Shown here: piece by piece, positions 9,015 through 20,122 of the stretch
Layout of the letters: each line of letters starts with the position of its first letter
How positions within the stretch are numbered: position 1 is the stretch's first letter
From: a virus
Lineage: Duplodnaviria; Caudoviricetes
DNA length: 64,000 nucleotides
IMG/VR virus record: IMGVR_UViG_3300033075_001196
Span: 1-64,000 of that record
Reading direction: 5' to 3' (one strand)
Translations under genes and position numbers: made by a program
Notes under the pieces: generated by a model
What the model was told of the DNA's origin: nothing
Databases searched by the model: none
The model's input: only the letters and a program-made list of their open reading frames with translations

Positions 9015-9572
9015 TTAAGTAATATCGATATTCTTTAAGGCTGTGGTAACACCATTTAAAACATTAGGTGAATCTGAATCAATATTGAATTTTTTAACGC
9101 CTTCTGAAGTTATTTTCTTTATCAATTTAATATTTTCTTTAACATTAATGAAACTAATATTATTTTTCTTAAATTGTTCTGTTAAATAATTGACAAATGT
9201 AGATGGTGTAGTTTGGCTGTTTTTAACTTGAGTAACTTCAACTATAGGTTTATTTGATTTTAATGTTGGTTGGACAACTTCTGCGGTAACTTTTTTACTT
9301 AACTTAGCTTCATATTCTTGTTCCCATGGGGTAAAGAATGTATCTTCAGCGATTACTTCTAATTTTATTTTACCAGTATCACCTTCTTTGAGAATTGATT
9401 TTAAAGGCGAGATTGGTACTCTAACATTACCATTTTCTATTTTACCTTCGAAAAGAAAAGAATAGTTTTTACTTTCAATAACCAACCTACAAATTGAATT
9501 GGTTGAATCTGCACCTTCGATTTGGATCGATGCCTCAAATATTTCTGGGTTGTCTATATAAATTTTATACAA
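9015..9572 (-). CDS. Hypothetical phage protein
   Basis: 185-aa ORF after late motif. Confidence 0.7.
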   Translation of the reverse strand: MYKIYIDNPEIFEASIQIEGADSTNSICRLVIESKNYSFLFEGKIENGNVRVPISPLKSILKEGDTGKIKLEVIAEDTFFTPWEQEYEAKLSKKVTAEVVQPTLKSNKPIVEVTQVKNSQTTPSTFVNYLTEQFKKNNISFINVKENIKLIKKITSEGVKKFNIDSDSPNVLNGVTTALKNIDIT

Positions 9573-9618
9573 AAAAATCTCCTAATTTATAATAAATATA
9601 AACTAGATCTAGAAAAAA

Positions 9619-9897
9619 TTAATTCAACTCAGGTTCAATACTGAATTTAGATTCATGTGCTTTAAAACTATCAACCAATACATAATGCGCAGTTGTCATC
9701 ATGCCCGATGGAAGATGTTTTTCAAGTTCAATGTATTCTGGGACTCCCATTGATCCAATTGGGCCAATATCTGTTATTGATAAAATTTGAATTATATCTT
9801 CAGATTCTTGATCTTTTCGAAAATATATTGGAAAGGGAATAGAATCTTGACTTTTTTCTTCTAACTGTTCTTCAGTAAAAATATCCATCTGAGCCAT
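9619..9897 (-). CDS. Hypothetical acidic protein
   Basis: ORF after late motif. Confidence 0.6.
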   Translation of the reverse strand: MAQMDIFTEEQLEEKSQDSIPFPIYFRKDQESEDIIQILSITDIGPIGSMGVPEYIELEKHLPSGMMTTAHYVLVDSFKAHESKFSIEPELN

Positions 9898-9926
9898 TTT
9901 ATATATAAATATAACTCAGTTAGAAA

Positions 9927-10205
9927 TTATCCATAAATTAAAGCAGTTATATATCCTCCTGTTAAACAACCTGCTGTTCCACCCAACCCATAAATTATTC
10001 TATGTTTCATATCACTGAATACAATAGATGTGACATTTAATGTCCACATAAAGCTAATCATGAATCCAAAAATAGCCATTCCTGTCCAATGATGGGTATT
10101 GATTTGGTAAACATTAATTGTCACTAAATTTACTTGGAAGAAACAAACTAAAAATGTACCAACATATGTCGACGTAAATCTTTTCCATTTTTCATTATGA
10201 ACCAT
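9927..10205 (-). CDS. Small multi-pass membrane protein
   Basis: Three hydrophobic segments. Confidence 0.65.
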   Translation of the reverse strand: MVHNEKWKRFTSTYVGTFLVCFFQVNLVTINVYQINTHHWTGMAIFGFMISFMWTLNVTSIVFSDMKHRIIYGLGGTAGCLTGGYITALIYG

Positions 10206-10707
10206 AAAACTTTTTGTTTAGCTCGACATCATCAATCCATTCAACAATATTGGTCGGAATGTCTTTAATTTTAATTTTTTTAAGATCACGCATTATAAAT
10301 GATAATACATATTTTCTAGCTGAAACAATATATGCATCCATTGATCTTTTCTTGATAAATCCTAAAGATTTACCAATATTAATAGCATATTGTTCAGCAT
10401 CGTATTCAGATAAATAATCAAATTTGTATTTCTTTGATGAATACTTAATATGTCCTATTTCATGTACCGCAACAAGAAATTTTTTAGGAGAATCAATTTT
10501 TTGTGGAATTCTAATTACACGTTCTGCTGCAATTGCTTCTCCTATAGCGGTCTTATATTGCCTATCATCTTCTTCAATATCAAAACATCTCATGAGACCA
10601 TGTACAATTGATTCGGCACCTTCAGTATCCCATGGTAGAAATTCTCCCAAATCTATCTTCTCATCAGGTAATTTTCCACGAATTGTAGGTAGAGTTGGTG
10701 TTAACAT
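10195..10707 (-). CDS. HExxH zinc metallopeptidase-like (ImmA/IrrE-type)
   Basis: AVHEIGH followed by E..A motif (SEYDAEQYA). Confidence 0.65.
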   Translation of the reverse strand: MLTPTLPTIRGKLPDEKIDLGEFLPWDTEGAESIVHGLMRCFDIEEDDRQYKTAIGEAIAAERVIRIPQKIDSPKKFLVAVHEIGHIKYSSKKYKFDYLSEYDAEQYAINIGKSLGFIKKRSMDAYIVSARKYVLSFIMRDLKKIKIKDIPTNIVEWIDDVELNKKFYGS

Positions 10708-10906
10708 GAATCTCCTTTTGTTTTTAATATCCGTATGAACTCAACAGATCATCATGATCATCAATATCATCATTAACATCTTCAAACAGTTTTGTTTGTT
10801 TTAATAATTTTTTATTGATTTTCATTGTTTCACCGGAATCTTCTTTGATGTCATTGATTGCTTCAATTGACTCATCGGGGGTTATATACATAAATATAGA
10901 TTTTAA

Positions 10907-11359
10907 TTACAAAATTCCAAATTTTGATAATATTTCTCTCTCAGTTTCTGATAAATTATTAAAGTCAACTTCTTTATCATTTATTGAAATTGAAATAGAG
11001 GTTTGTACTGTAATTTCCGGAGGCTGTACAGATTCAGGAATTGGTGACACATCATTTGTTACAGGCTTAGGAGTAGGCTGTGCATCCCATAGCGGAGTTC
11101 TTGTCTTCATGACGGCATCTAATTCAAGATATTCCGCCAATGTGTCAACTATCCATAATTTTTGAATGTCTAAGTCATCACTAGTTGAATTCTTAAGAGT
11201 TTTTTCATCCCATTCTGGATATGCCTTAATTAATGGTCCGCCATTTTCAAATGACAGGTAATGTCCTCCCAAATTTTTATTATAATGAGTGGTAAAAACT
11301 CGACCATTCTTAGTAATCCCTACTAGACCAGAGGTCATGATATACTTTTTCTTTGTCAT
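10907..11359 (-). CDS. Hypothetical protein
   Basis: 150-aa ORF in minus operon. Confidence 0.6.
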   Translation of the reverse strand: MTKKKYIMTSGLVGITKNGRVFTTHYNKNLGGHYLSFENGGPLIKAYPEWDEKTLKNSTSDDLDIQKLWIVDTLAEYLELDAVMKTRTPLWDAQPTPKPVTNDVSPIPESVQPPEITVQTSISISINDKEVDFNNLSETEREILSKFGIL

Positions 11360-11569
11360 AAAATATTAATTTAAAATTTGATTTGCAATGTCTATTATTG
11401 TTTTCGCAACAATTCGTTTGTTTTTATAAGGTATCTCGAATTTCTGCGCCAATTCTTTTACTTCCCAATTATTGGTTTTCATGATACTGTTATAACAATC
11501 AACTGGGTGATAGTTTTTAAATATTGGCAATGTTTTCACCAACTCCTCTTGTTCTTTTGTAAACATTTT

Positions 11570-12025
11570 CTAAAATTTATGTACTAAAATAATATTGATT
11601 TTGATTTTGGGTTTGTTGTGTCTATTATAGTTATCATCATATTCACTGTCACGTCGCGGATATGAATTTGGAACTTCATCATATTCATAATCATCATTTC
11701 TATCTCTTAAAGGAGGCTCATATCCCCGATTTGTATCCAAATATACTCTTAATGTTCTTCTTCCTGGGTGGATTGAATTGACCACTCTTACTACAAGATC
11801 CGCGTCCCATATATCTTGGACGAAGAACCAATTATCACAACCATTTCTAGTTCTAGACCTGCCGGCTTGGTGTCTATAGGAAACATAATGGACACATATA
11901 TCAGCTTGCCAAGCGTTCTGGGTATATATAATGTCATACTCTGCTTTGCACTGTTCACCTGTAACAAATATTCTTTGGCTGAATATTGGGCCTGATAATA
12001 TTAAGAATAACAATATTTTTTTCAT
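11570..12025 (-). CDS. Secreted DUF6150-like protein
   Basis: Signal peptide MKKILLFL; repeated AD..V..V and NWFFV units (family recalled, not searched). Confidence 0.55.
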   Translation of the reverse strand: MKKILLFLILSGPIFSQRIFVTGEQCKAEYDIIYTQNAWQADICVHYVSYRHQAGRSRTRNGCDNWFFVQDIWDADLVVRVVNSIHPGRRTLRVYLDTNRGYEPPLRDRNDDYEYDEVPNSYPRRDSEYDDNYNRHNKPKIKINIILVHKF

Positions 12026-12149
12026 ATACTTTTGTTTTTAATTATACATAAAGATAAAATGTATAATTCATATAACCAAATTTTAAACATAAAAAAAGGG
12101 AAGATAAACTAATATCTCCCCCCTCGTAATTAAAAATCAAAGTATGTAG

Positions 12150-12620
12150 TTATAATCTTAATCCAATACCAATTCTCACACCAAGTGAATTTGTTCTGTT
12201 TCCGCCTCCAAAATCTGAGTGGGCAAATCCTACAGATGGTTCTATATATAAAACGCCATCTTGCCTTAAAAATTTAGTAACCCCAACATTAACATTAGTG
12301 ACATTATAAGAATCTGATAGACTGATTCCAATACCCAATTGGGCAAATGGTTTCACGGTTTTAAAAACATTTTTTGTCGGATAATACTTACCATATACTT
12401 GGTACCAATCATACGTTGGGCCAGTGGTAGTGGAGTTTACTGAAATGCTAGCTCCTAATTGAACATTGTCAGTTACTTGATATCCAATAGATGGATTAAA
12501 AGAAAAGTCAACTACTCGTCCTTGGAGTTGTGAATATGTTCCAACTACTAAATCGCCCTTTGTTTGGGCATCAATAGTTGTCAATGTCAATAAACATAAT
12601 AAAAAAAAGAATTTTTTCAT
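12150..12620 (-). CDS. Outer-membrane beta-barrel protein
   Basis: Signal peptide from MKKFFF; FNPSIGY and IEPSVGF strands; C-terminal GVRIGIGLRL. Confidence 0.75.
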   Translation of the reverse strand: MKKFFFLLCLLTLTTIDAQTKGDLVVGTYSQLQGRVVDFSFNPSIGYQVTDNVQLGASISVNSTTTGPTYDWYQVYGKYYPTKNVFKTVKPFAQLGIGISLSDSYNVTNVNVGVTKFLRQDGVLYIEPSVGFAHSDFGGGNRTNSLGVRIGIGLRL

Positions 12621-12945
12621 ATTTTTAAAAAATTTTAGTTTCAAAATTAATATCACCATCCCCAATCTGGGTGGTTTGGATCACAATGATCATGTACTGC
12701 ATTTACTGCATTTGAAATATTTGAATGAATCTTATCACAAACCAAATCGACAAATCTTTTACTTACAACTTCCATCAAATCATGGTGCATAGCCTCTCCT
12801 TGATTATCTCCATCCGATGGATAAAACTGATTACATGCAGAATTGAACTTCTCTTTATCTGATATTAGTTCGGCTAATTCTGCATTGGAACAATGATTTA
12901 ATACATCTAAATACATAATATTGTAATTTAATTAAAAATAAAAAG

Positions 12946-13003
12946 AGCCCATCAGGATTAAACAAATTATATATAATTGAATTTTGGGATGGCCTGATGG
13001 GCT
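12946..13003 (-). terminator. Terminator-like inverted repeat
   Basis: AGCCCATCAGG/CCTGATGGGCT followed by T-rich run on minus. Confidence 0.55.
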
Positions 13004-13009
13004 AAGGGG

Positions 13010-13348
13010 TTAGTCCTTAGAAACACTAGCGTCAATTTTCTTGACACCTTTTGCTGTTTCTAAAACTTTTTGGACCGCTTTAGTAGCTAATCCAGGTTTT
13101 GAGTATTCATTGCTAGCGGCAATGACGAAATTGTTCTTATTAACAACAGCTACGATATTGCTACCATAGTTAGTGTCATTAGAAACTCCTCTGTTTTTAA
13201 TAATGTTCCTAGCTGCAGCTCTTGCTCCACGATATGTGTTAGAGCTTGAAGCATACTGTCTAGAGCCCAATACTGTGGCGCCAGCTAACAATTGAAAATC
13301 TCGGTCTTTAGGATATATTACTATACCCAATTTTTTTGCACTACTCAT
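13010..13348 (-). CDS. YegP/DUF1508-like tandem-repeat protein
   Basis: Two units of VLGSRQY/IAASNEY plus an amphipathic helix. Confidence 0.5.
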   Translation of the reverse strand: MSSAKKLGIVIYPKDRDFQLLAGATVLGSRQYASSSNTYRGARAAARNIIKNRGVSNDTNYGSNIVAVVNKNNFVIAASNEYSKPGLATKAVQKVLETAKGVKKIDASVSKD

Positions 13349-13894
13349 AAGTAAATTTATAAATTAAATAATATAACACAATAAAGGTAAGTTATATTTT
13401 TCAATTAACCAAATTTCTAATTCGAAAATTTTAATTGAGTAGTTATGTTCACCTTAATTGCTGGCTTACCATTAATAAATTGGGTTGGAAATGGAACATC
13501 TTCCATGTCATCACCAATTACAATGTGTGTACCATCAGACAAGGTAGCAGCGGTATAAGTGCTAGGTAGTAATCCTGCAGATGCTGCTTTAGCTCTCTTA
13601 ATTCTACCAGGTTCTAATTGAAGCGCCATCTTTTTAGCTGCTTCAAAATTGCTAATTCTTTGCCCCTTGGACAAAAAATTAATGTCCTTTGTATTTCGTT
13701 TATGCATTCTGATCTTAGTTTTGACTGAATCCTGGCATACCACATGATTCCATTAATGGATTATGTCCCTCAATAGGCTCCGCCATACATTGAATTGCCA
13801 ATAATTTTTTCCCATCCTTTTCGAAGGCTTGGCGCAATCTTTCTAATGCTTCTTGAATTTCTTGTTGATTTGACATACACTTGATTTTTAAAAG

Positions 13895-14401
13895 TTATTT
13901 AATATTGATTCCTAAATTGATTCCTAAAGTGACATTATATTGGATGTTATTCATATTATGCACAATAAATCCCAAATTTGGCTCAATGTAAAATTGCATT
14001 ACTTTGCCAAATGTTCCAGTTACGCCTAAATTCATTCCTATTACACCATATGGATTGATAGAATCTTCAGGATTATCTATCATATATGGAGTAGCTTTAT
14101 GTTTTCTATTTAAAGAATATCCAATATTGTTTTGAATATATGGTTTACACCCATACTTAAACCAATCCTCTCTGGGATAATACTTCAAATATACATTAAT
14201 GTAATCGGCTGTCCTGCCATTTGCTTCACTAACTGCCATATTGACACCTGCTTGAATACTTCTATTAATTTGGACACCAATCATTGGATTGATATTTAAT
14301 GCCACTCCAGGGCCTGCACTTAGGGATCCTCCAAGTCTAACGAATGGTTTTTGAGCCATAACTGCTCCACTAAATAACATTAATAATACTAACTTTTTCA
14401 T
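13895..14401 (-). CDS. Second outer-membrane beta-barrel protein
   Basis: Signal peptide; INPMIG, YLKYYP and YIEPNLGF align with the 12150 protein. Confidence 0.7.
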   Translation of the reverse strand: MKKLVLLMLFSGAVMAQKPFVRLGGSLSAGPGVALNINPMIGVQINRSIQAGVNMAVSEANGRTADYINVYLKYYPREDWFKYGCKPYIQNNIGYSLNRKHKATPYMIDNPEDSINPYGVIGMNLGVTGTFGKVMQFYIEPNLGFIVHNMNNIQYNVTLGINLGINIK

Positions 14402-14694
14402 ATACTTTATTTTTAATTACCTCATAAAGATATTGAATCTTATTGAAATAACCTAGAATTTCTTGATATATTTTTTAGTATAATATATAATACACTGATT
14501 ATTATTATTTTAAAAGATTGGGGGTTTGTATATTGTGTACCAGTACTGGTTTATAATAGACAGATGGCCTTCCACCCGCCATTTCTTCGCGTTTGGTTTG
14601 TTCTGTTACTGCAGTTTGAGCCTCTTGCTCATCTCCAGTAGCATAAATAAAATCAGTGTCTCTAGACAAAACTACAAAAGCAATTATATTCATA

Positions 14695-15294
14695 TTAATG
14701 ATTTATCCGAATTACTCCTGCCTTCTTACAATGTTCACACCTACATGGAGCAGGTTTAATCCCATCTTCTCCTTTCCATCTCCAGCGATCCTCTGCACCC
14801 ATCAAAGCTACATATCCAGATTCTTTAGTCACGCCTGCAAAATCGTAGCGTCCGGCAAAATGTTCATATCTACTGACATATTGTTCAAATGAATTTAATG
14901 CTTCTTCATCTGTTTGTCCAATATCAAAAGTATAATGATTAAACCATTGTAATAACCAAGTTTCATCTGGTTTTCGTATCACCTCTATTTCCAGATCAGA
15001 AATATTTTTCATGATCAACTGATGTCTCTTTTCATCTTTTTGATATTCTGCATTTTTAAATTCGACATAATGAAGAAATTGATCCTTTGCCCATTCCTTC
15101 AACACCGTTTCATCTTGCTCTTCTCTAAACATTTTAGTATCTGACATTGAATTTCTCATACGACCATCAGGAAGCCATTTAAAAGAATGTTGAGTCTTGT
15201 CCCTAACCTCATCTTTAGGATTAATGTCGTCTTGCACCCATTTCCATGTGATCTGGTATATTGGATACTTAGGATCTGAACTCATAATTATCAT
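14695..15294 (-). CDS. Hypothetical protein with C-terminal CxCxxC
   Basis: LMGAEDRWRW...PCRCEHC. Confidence 0.65.
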   Translation of the reverse strand: MIIMSSDPKYPIYQITWKWVQDDINPKDEVRDKTQHSFKWLPDGRMRNSMSDTKMFREEQDETVLKEWAKDQFLHYVEFKNAEYQKDEKRHQLIMKNISDLEIEVIRKPDETWLLQWFNHYTFDIGQTDEEALNSFEQYVSRYEHFAGRYDFAGVTKESGYVALMGAEDRWRWKGEDGIKPAPCRCEHCKKAGVIRINH

Positions 15295-15483
15295 TTAATT
15301 TTAAAATGAAATAAACTAATAAGCTAATAATTGTTACAGCTCCTACAAATAAAACTGCAGCAAATACTAAAAAGAAAATTGCATTGTTGGGAGTTACTGG
15401 ACAGCCTTTATATATTAAAAATATATCATAACCCGCCATTAATAATACAATTATTGCAATTGTGGTTGGTAAAAAATATTTTT

Positions 15484-15819
15484 TCATAATTTGATTATTT
15501 GTCCGGTAATGTTATCTACCAGTGTGAATAGAATACAATCTTCTGGTGTTTCCAAATCCGTGGATTCCTCAATCCTATCAAATATCCAAGTAAATTGATT
15601 GGTTACAATAGAATTTGTTTCAATTGAAGGTTTAAAATCTCCTGGATTGGTCTTAAAAAAGAATCCATTTAAATGAGATCGCCCTATAATGGTATTGGCA
15701 TTATGCCTAACGATATAAGGACTTGCGGTAAAATTGATTCCCAATTCCTCAAGACGAAATTCCGCTTCGTCAATTGATTTTTGGATATCCAAAATTTCTA
15801 AATCACTTAATTCTAACAT
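15484..15819 (-). CDS. Hypothetical early protein
   Basis: Directly after promoter cassette. Confidence 0.6.
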   Translation of the reverse strand: MLELSDLEILDIQKSIDEAEFRLEELGINFTASPYIVRHNANTIIGRSHLNGFFFKTNPGDFKPSIETNSIVTNQFTWIFDRIEESTDLETPEDCILFTLVDNITGQIIKL

Positions 15820-16565
15820 ATACTTTCTTTTTAATTACGTCATAAAGATAAATATGGTAGTTCAAATAACCTAATCTTTTTGGATATTTTTTTAATATTA
15901 ATATATAATCCGTTGATTATCAATATATTAATACTTTTCCATTTTGAAAAAGTATTTTTTTGGTTTTGAAATAGGTTGTTTCTCTTTATTCAGCCAGGCA
16001 GTGGGGGGAGCATATTCAATGAATCCATCTGCAATTCGGACTTCATGTGTTACCATATATCCATTATTCCATAAATTATCAGATAAATAGCTTACAGGAA
16101 TTGTGTCCAATGGTGGCTGAATTTGTAATAAGATTACTAGTAATAAATTATTCATATTTATATAAATTTTTTTCCAAATCTTCAATATTTGTAGCTTTAC
16201 CTCTTCCAGTACCATCATAATCAACGAAGACAAAATGATTATTCCAGGATGTTACTATACCAAATTCCTGTTTATGTGGAGTAGAATAAATAACAGGAAG
16301 GCCAATTTGTAAATCACTTCTATTCATTTTTAATATACCTTACAACTGCAGACTTTATTATATATTTGATAATTATCAAATTCCTCCCATTCATACGTAC
16401 CGCGTTTATACCTTCCATATGTAGCTGATATCACATCGCCGACTTGTATACACATATCATTGCAATGCTTCATAAAGAACATCATTCTTTTTTCTTGAAG
16501 AAAGATTACTAAATTTATTTGCTATATCTTCAGCTGTATAAAATTTTTCTGCCATAACTTATTTG

Positions 16566-16850
16566 TTAGAATCTATACATTTTTAGTGCTTCATCATCAC
16601 AAGGTACAAGTTTTTGAATATTCTGTCTATCTCTAACTTTATCACCATTAGATAAAACGAAATCCAATCCAAGATCAGCCCAATAACAATATATAGCCCA
16701 ATCCCAGATCCCACCTCTCTTGGCAGCCCACATCAATTTTTTACCTATATCATTATTAGTCATAAATAGACCCTCGGGTGAATTCTCAATCTCTCCAGAA
16801 GCAAATACTGTTCCTGGTGGCATAGCTTTTAACATTTCTACAGTTAGCAT
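16566..16850 (-). CDS. Hypothetical protein
   Basis: KRGGIWDWAIY...GDKV. Confidence 0.65.
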   Translation of the reverse strand: MLTVEMLKAMPPGTVFASGEIENSPEGLFMTNNDIGKKLMWAAKRGGIWDWAIYCYWADLGLDFVLSNGDKVRDRQNIQKLVPCDDEALKMYRF

Positions 16851-17189
16851 AAAATTATAGTTTTATCTTGTTAATACGCATTGTATGTTTATCAATTACT
16901 TTACACTTATTATTTTTACACACCATTTGATATCTTCTTTCGTTGATTGGTGGCATTTGTACTGGCTCAACTATTATTTTAATCATTTTCAAAGTTAGTT
17001 TTATAAAAGGAAGGAACTTGACTATAGTTCATTGTAGGAACAGTTAAGCCCTTCCCCAGTTTACGTATTTCCAATTTAAATAAGGGCGCAATATAGGTAA
17101 TTAAAGTTTAAATAAGAGGGGCTATATGAGCTCAAATTTGGTCAACTATAAAAATTCACTAAGTGTCCCTTTAATATTAAACCCATCTT

Positions 17190-17395
17190 ATATAATATAA
17201 GTAATATCTATACCCTCCCCTAGTATCTATAGTGATTCGCAGACCCACCCTGATATATAAGGGTTATCTATAGACCCACCCTATACTAGTATACATATAC
17301 CTTTACCCACCCTATTAGCCTGCCTAGGCCATTAGATCTTTATTATGGTATATCTTTATATACCTTTGATGTTATCTATTGGCAGACCTAACCTA
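17190..17395. repeat. Non-coding region with ACCCACCC and CTATA direct repeats
   Basis: ACCCACCCT at ~17243, 17274, 17305; TATCTAT and TATACC repeats; no ORF. Confidence 0.55.
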
Positions 17396-17752
17396 ATACC
17401 CAGCGGCAACCATATCATTTAATAAATGTATTACTCGATCCTTTATTACTGGTTCAGTATACCCATTAATGTTATTATTATTATTAACGGATACAATACT
17501 GGCCCAATATCTGGCATTATGTACTTCTTTTAGATACTTGATACTGGCAGTTCTGATGGGGATATCTGCAGTTAAATTGTCACTACAATTATCACTAGAA
17601 TAGTCTGACGGGTTATCTGATTGTAACCGTTTGATATGTCCTATAGCACAACATCTACCTTCACCATCAGTAAATAATTGTGTGATAAACTCTTCTTTGG
17701 GAATTGGTGTTAATAACCTTAATGCTTCTTGAGCGATCGTTTCTTTTGACAT
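17393..17752 (-). CDS. Hypothetical early protein
   Basis: GRCCAIGH; follows promoter cassette. Confidence 0.65.
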   Translation of the reverse strand: MSKETIAQEALRLLTPIPKEEFITQLFTDGEGRCCAIGHIKRLQSDNPSDYSSDNCSDNLTADIPIRTASIKYLKEVHNARYWASIVSVNNNNNINGYTEPVIKDRVIHLLNDMVAAGY

Positions 17753-17774
17753 ACTTTTTATTTTTAATTATGGC

Positions 17775-17926
17775 ATAAAGGTAAATGGTGTTATTGATAC
17801 TACAAAGCCTTTTTTGATATTTATTTTCTAATAATATATAACTAATTGATTATCAATATACTCCAAAAAAACAAAAAAATATATTAAAATTTACTTGGTA
17901 GTTTCAACTATAGTATTTACCTTTAT
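17775..17926. promoter_or_regulatory. Back-to-back divergent promoters around a palindromic operator
   Basis: TACCTTTATG on both strands with ATTGATTATCAAT (~17845-17857) between. Confidence 0.7.
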
Positions 17927-17949
17927 GGCATAATTTTAAAAAATCAAGT

Positions 17950-18543
17950 ATGATAGTAATCAATTACAAAAACAAGTTCTATCCAGCTAAGCTAATCGGC
18001 ACAACTAGCCGGTATATTTCTATGGCCGGCCACAGGTTAGATAATCCATTTATTATTGCATATAATAAGGCCTTTGTTAAACTATACCCAGATGGCCGGC
18101 GTAAAGGAATCATGTTTGAATGTGATAATCCCCAACTAGTACTAGAAAAGATGGGGGCCACATATAGTGGCCTTGAATATACTTCAATACAAATATCAAA
18201 TAAAACGGTACGTCTATTTAAAGTCAATCCAAATATAATGTATATCAATGGGTATGGATTGAATCTATTGAATCTGGCGGATCCCGCCGCTGAAATATGT
18301 GGATTTAAAGCTGGAAAAACACTAGCTAAATCAGCACTTAGTCACTATATAATGACTGGCAAAATTGATCCAATATTAATTAAGAAAGGAGTTTTGGGAT
18401 ACAATGTTTCTCCAGTATCAAACAACTCAATAAAAATTGGGTGTACTACATTTACTAATAATGACAGACTCGCGTTAAAGAAAGCTATTGAAATGAATAT
18501 AGCTAAGCAGAAGGATGGCGAGTATTTATCAATCAAAAAATAA
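17950..18543 (+). CDS. Hypothetical early protein (paralog of 18550..19134)
   Basis: NPFIIA, KIGC, C-terminal EYLSI. Confidence 0.7.
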   Translation: MIVINYKNKFYPAKLIGTTSRYISMAGHRLDNPFIIAYNKAFVKLYPDGRRKGIMFECDNPQLVLEKMGATYSGLEYTSIQISNKTVRLFKVNPNIMYINGYGLNLLNLADPAAEICGFKAGKTLAKSALSHYIMTGKIDPILIKKGVLGYNVSPVSNNSIKIGCTTFTNNDRLALKKAIEMNIAKQKDGEYLSIKK

Positions 18544-18549
18544 ATTTAT

Positions 18550-19134
18550 ATGATCAAGTATGGAAAGTATTATCTATTTACTTTAAACGGAGAGTCTCAA
18601 ATAGGTGAGGCAAAATATAGCTACATTAAATTTGCCAATCATAAAAAGAATAATCCAATTATGATTGCAATGCATAAAGCCGCGCCAGACTCTAATGGAA
18701 TATTCCCAGCCATGGCTATACAAGACTTACCGCCATTTCTAAAAAAAGCGGGCATTACATATAAACCTCTTCCATCAATGAAAGTGTTTCCACGTAGGGA
18801 AGAATGCATATCATATTGTGGTCCAACTAATACACTATTAGTCCCAGGCGCTGCACCCATTGATTTATCAGAGAAGACACCTTTAACTAGATTTATTTTA
18901 GATGACGTCCCAATACAAGAAACTTTTAGAATTGGAGATAATAATTTATATCCTTCAGCGGAAATCATTAATGGTCGGCCAATATGTACAAAAATAGGAT
19001 GTCAAACCTTAACTCCTGATATAATGAATAATATTAGAGCATTCATTGCTAAACATTCTAAACCAATAGTTAAGAAACAATCGAGTCGGACAAAACAAGT
19101 TAAAGATAACTATTTAAATATCAAACCAAATTAA
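18550..19134 (+). CDS. Hypothetical early protein (paralog of 17950..18543)
   Basis: NPIMIA, KIGC, C-terminal NYLNI. Confidence 0.7.
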   Translation: MIKYGKYYLFTLNGESQIGEAKYSYIKFANHKKNNPIMIAMHKAAPDSNGIFPAMAIQDLPPFLKKAGITYKPLPSMKVFPRREECISYCGPTNTLLVPGAAPIDLSEKTPLTRFILDDVPIQETFRIGDNNLYPSAEIINGRPICTKIGCQTLTPDIMNNIRAFIAKHSKPIVKKQSSRTKQVKDNYLNIKPN

Positions 19135-19347
19135 ATGACAGAATCAAATCCATCAAAACCACTATGTTATACATGTGTACATAGAAGAACAATACCAGGT
19201 GATTGTCATTCAAGTTGTGCAGCTCCCAATGGGACTATAGTTAAAGGAGATACACATGGAGTAAAAAGTGGTTGGTTCATGTATCCTTATAATTTTGATC
19301 CAATTTGGTTAATGGAGTGTAATAGCTATTTACTTAAACCAAATTAA
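19135..19347 (+). CDS. Small Cys-rich phage protein
   Basis: CYTCVH...HSSC...GWF.YP.NFDPIW..EC. Confidence 0.7.
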   Translation: MTESNPSKPLCYTCVHRRTIPGDCHSSCAAPNGTIVKGDTHGVKSGWFMYPYNFDPIWLMECNSYLLKPN

Positions 19348-19421
19348 ATTTTCATCCGTCGGCGGGAGATCTGAAAAAGTTAATTGTTTTCATATTAATT
19401 CACCAAATAAAATTAAAGTAA

Positions 19422-19781
19422 ATGTTACAAATACCTGTTTTGCAAATTGTTTTAGAAATGTATGAGAATGCTGCGAAACTATATGATGAAGGTTATCTCC
19501 CAAATTTTGTGGAGTATGTGTCACAAAAATCTATGAATTATGGGCTATGCAACGCATTAACCGAAGCTGCTGGATTAAATTTCTCCGGAGCTTATACGTA
19601 TATTGGTAATTTAATTGATGAAGTTGCAGAAAAATTGAGTATACCATCATATAAAGGCCCATATATAGCTGTAACACCAGAACATTTTGATAATAAACTA
19701 GCGAATGCCGCCAGGATAAAAGAGGGTATTGACATTAGAATTAAAGTATTAAAGTACATGATTGAAAATAAAATAGTATGA
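19422..19781 (+). CDS. GLC-family paralog 1
   Basis: YGLC...RIKVLKYMI. Confidence 0.7.
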   Translation: MLQIPVLQIVLEMYENAAKLYDEGYLPNFVEYVSQKSMNYGLCNALTEAAGLNFSGAYTYIGNLIDEVAEKLSIPSYKGPYIAVTPEHFDNKLANAARIKEGIDIRIKVLKYMIENKIV

Positions 19782-20122
19782 TAGAATCCATTACCAAAGA
19801 AAAATTAGAGAATGCAATTAAACTGTATAAGCATGCAGATGTAATAGTTAATAGAAGGTTATTGAATGATTATTTGAATTCAAATTGTATGCAGTATGGT
19901 CTATGTCAATTATTATTAAGAAGTCCTAAGACATCTGTAGAAGAGATGGATCAATTATCTAAATATATAGAAGAGATTTGTATTAAATTAGACATACCAT
20001 TTACATTTATAGAGTTTGGAGTCTTTTATGTAGGTGATGGGCCATTAAATAGATCGATTTATCAGGAACGGGATATTAAGTACAGAATTCAAATCCTCCA
20101 ATATATGTTGGAACAAAATTAA
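19778..20122 (+). CDS. GLC-family paralog 2
   Basis: YGLC...RIQILQYML. Confidence 0.7.
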   Translation: MIESITKEKLENAIKLYKHADVIVNRRLLNDYLNSNCMQYGLCQLLLRSPKTSVEEMDQLSKYIEEICIKLDIPFTFIEFGVFYVGDGPLNRSIYQERDIKYRIQILQYMLEQN

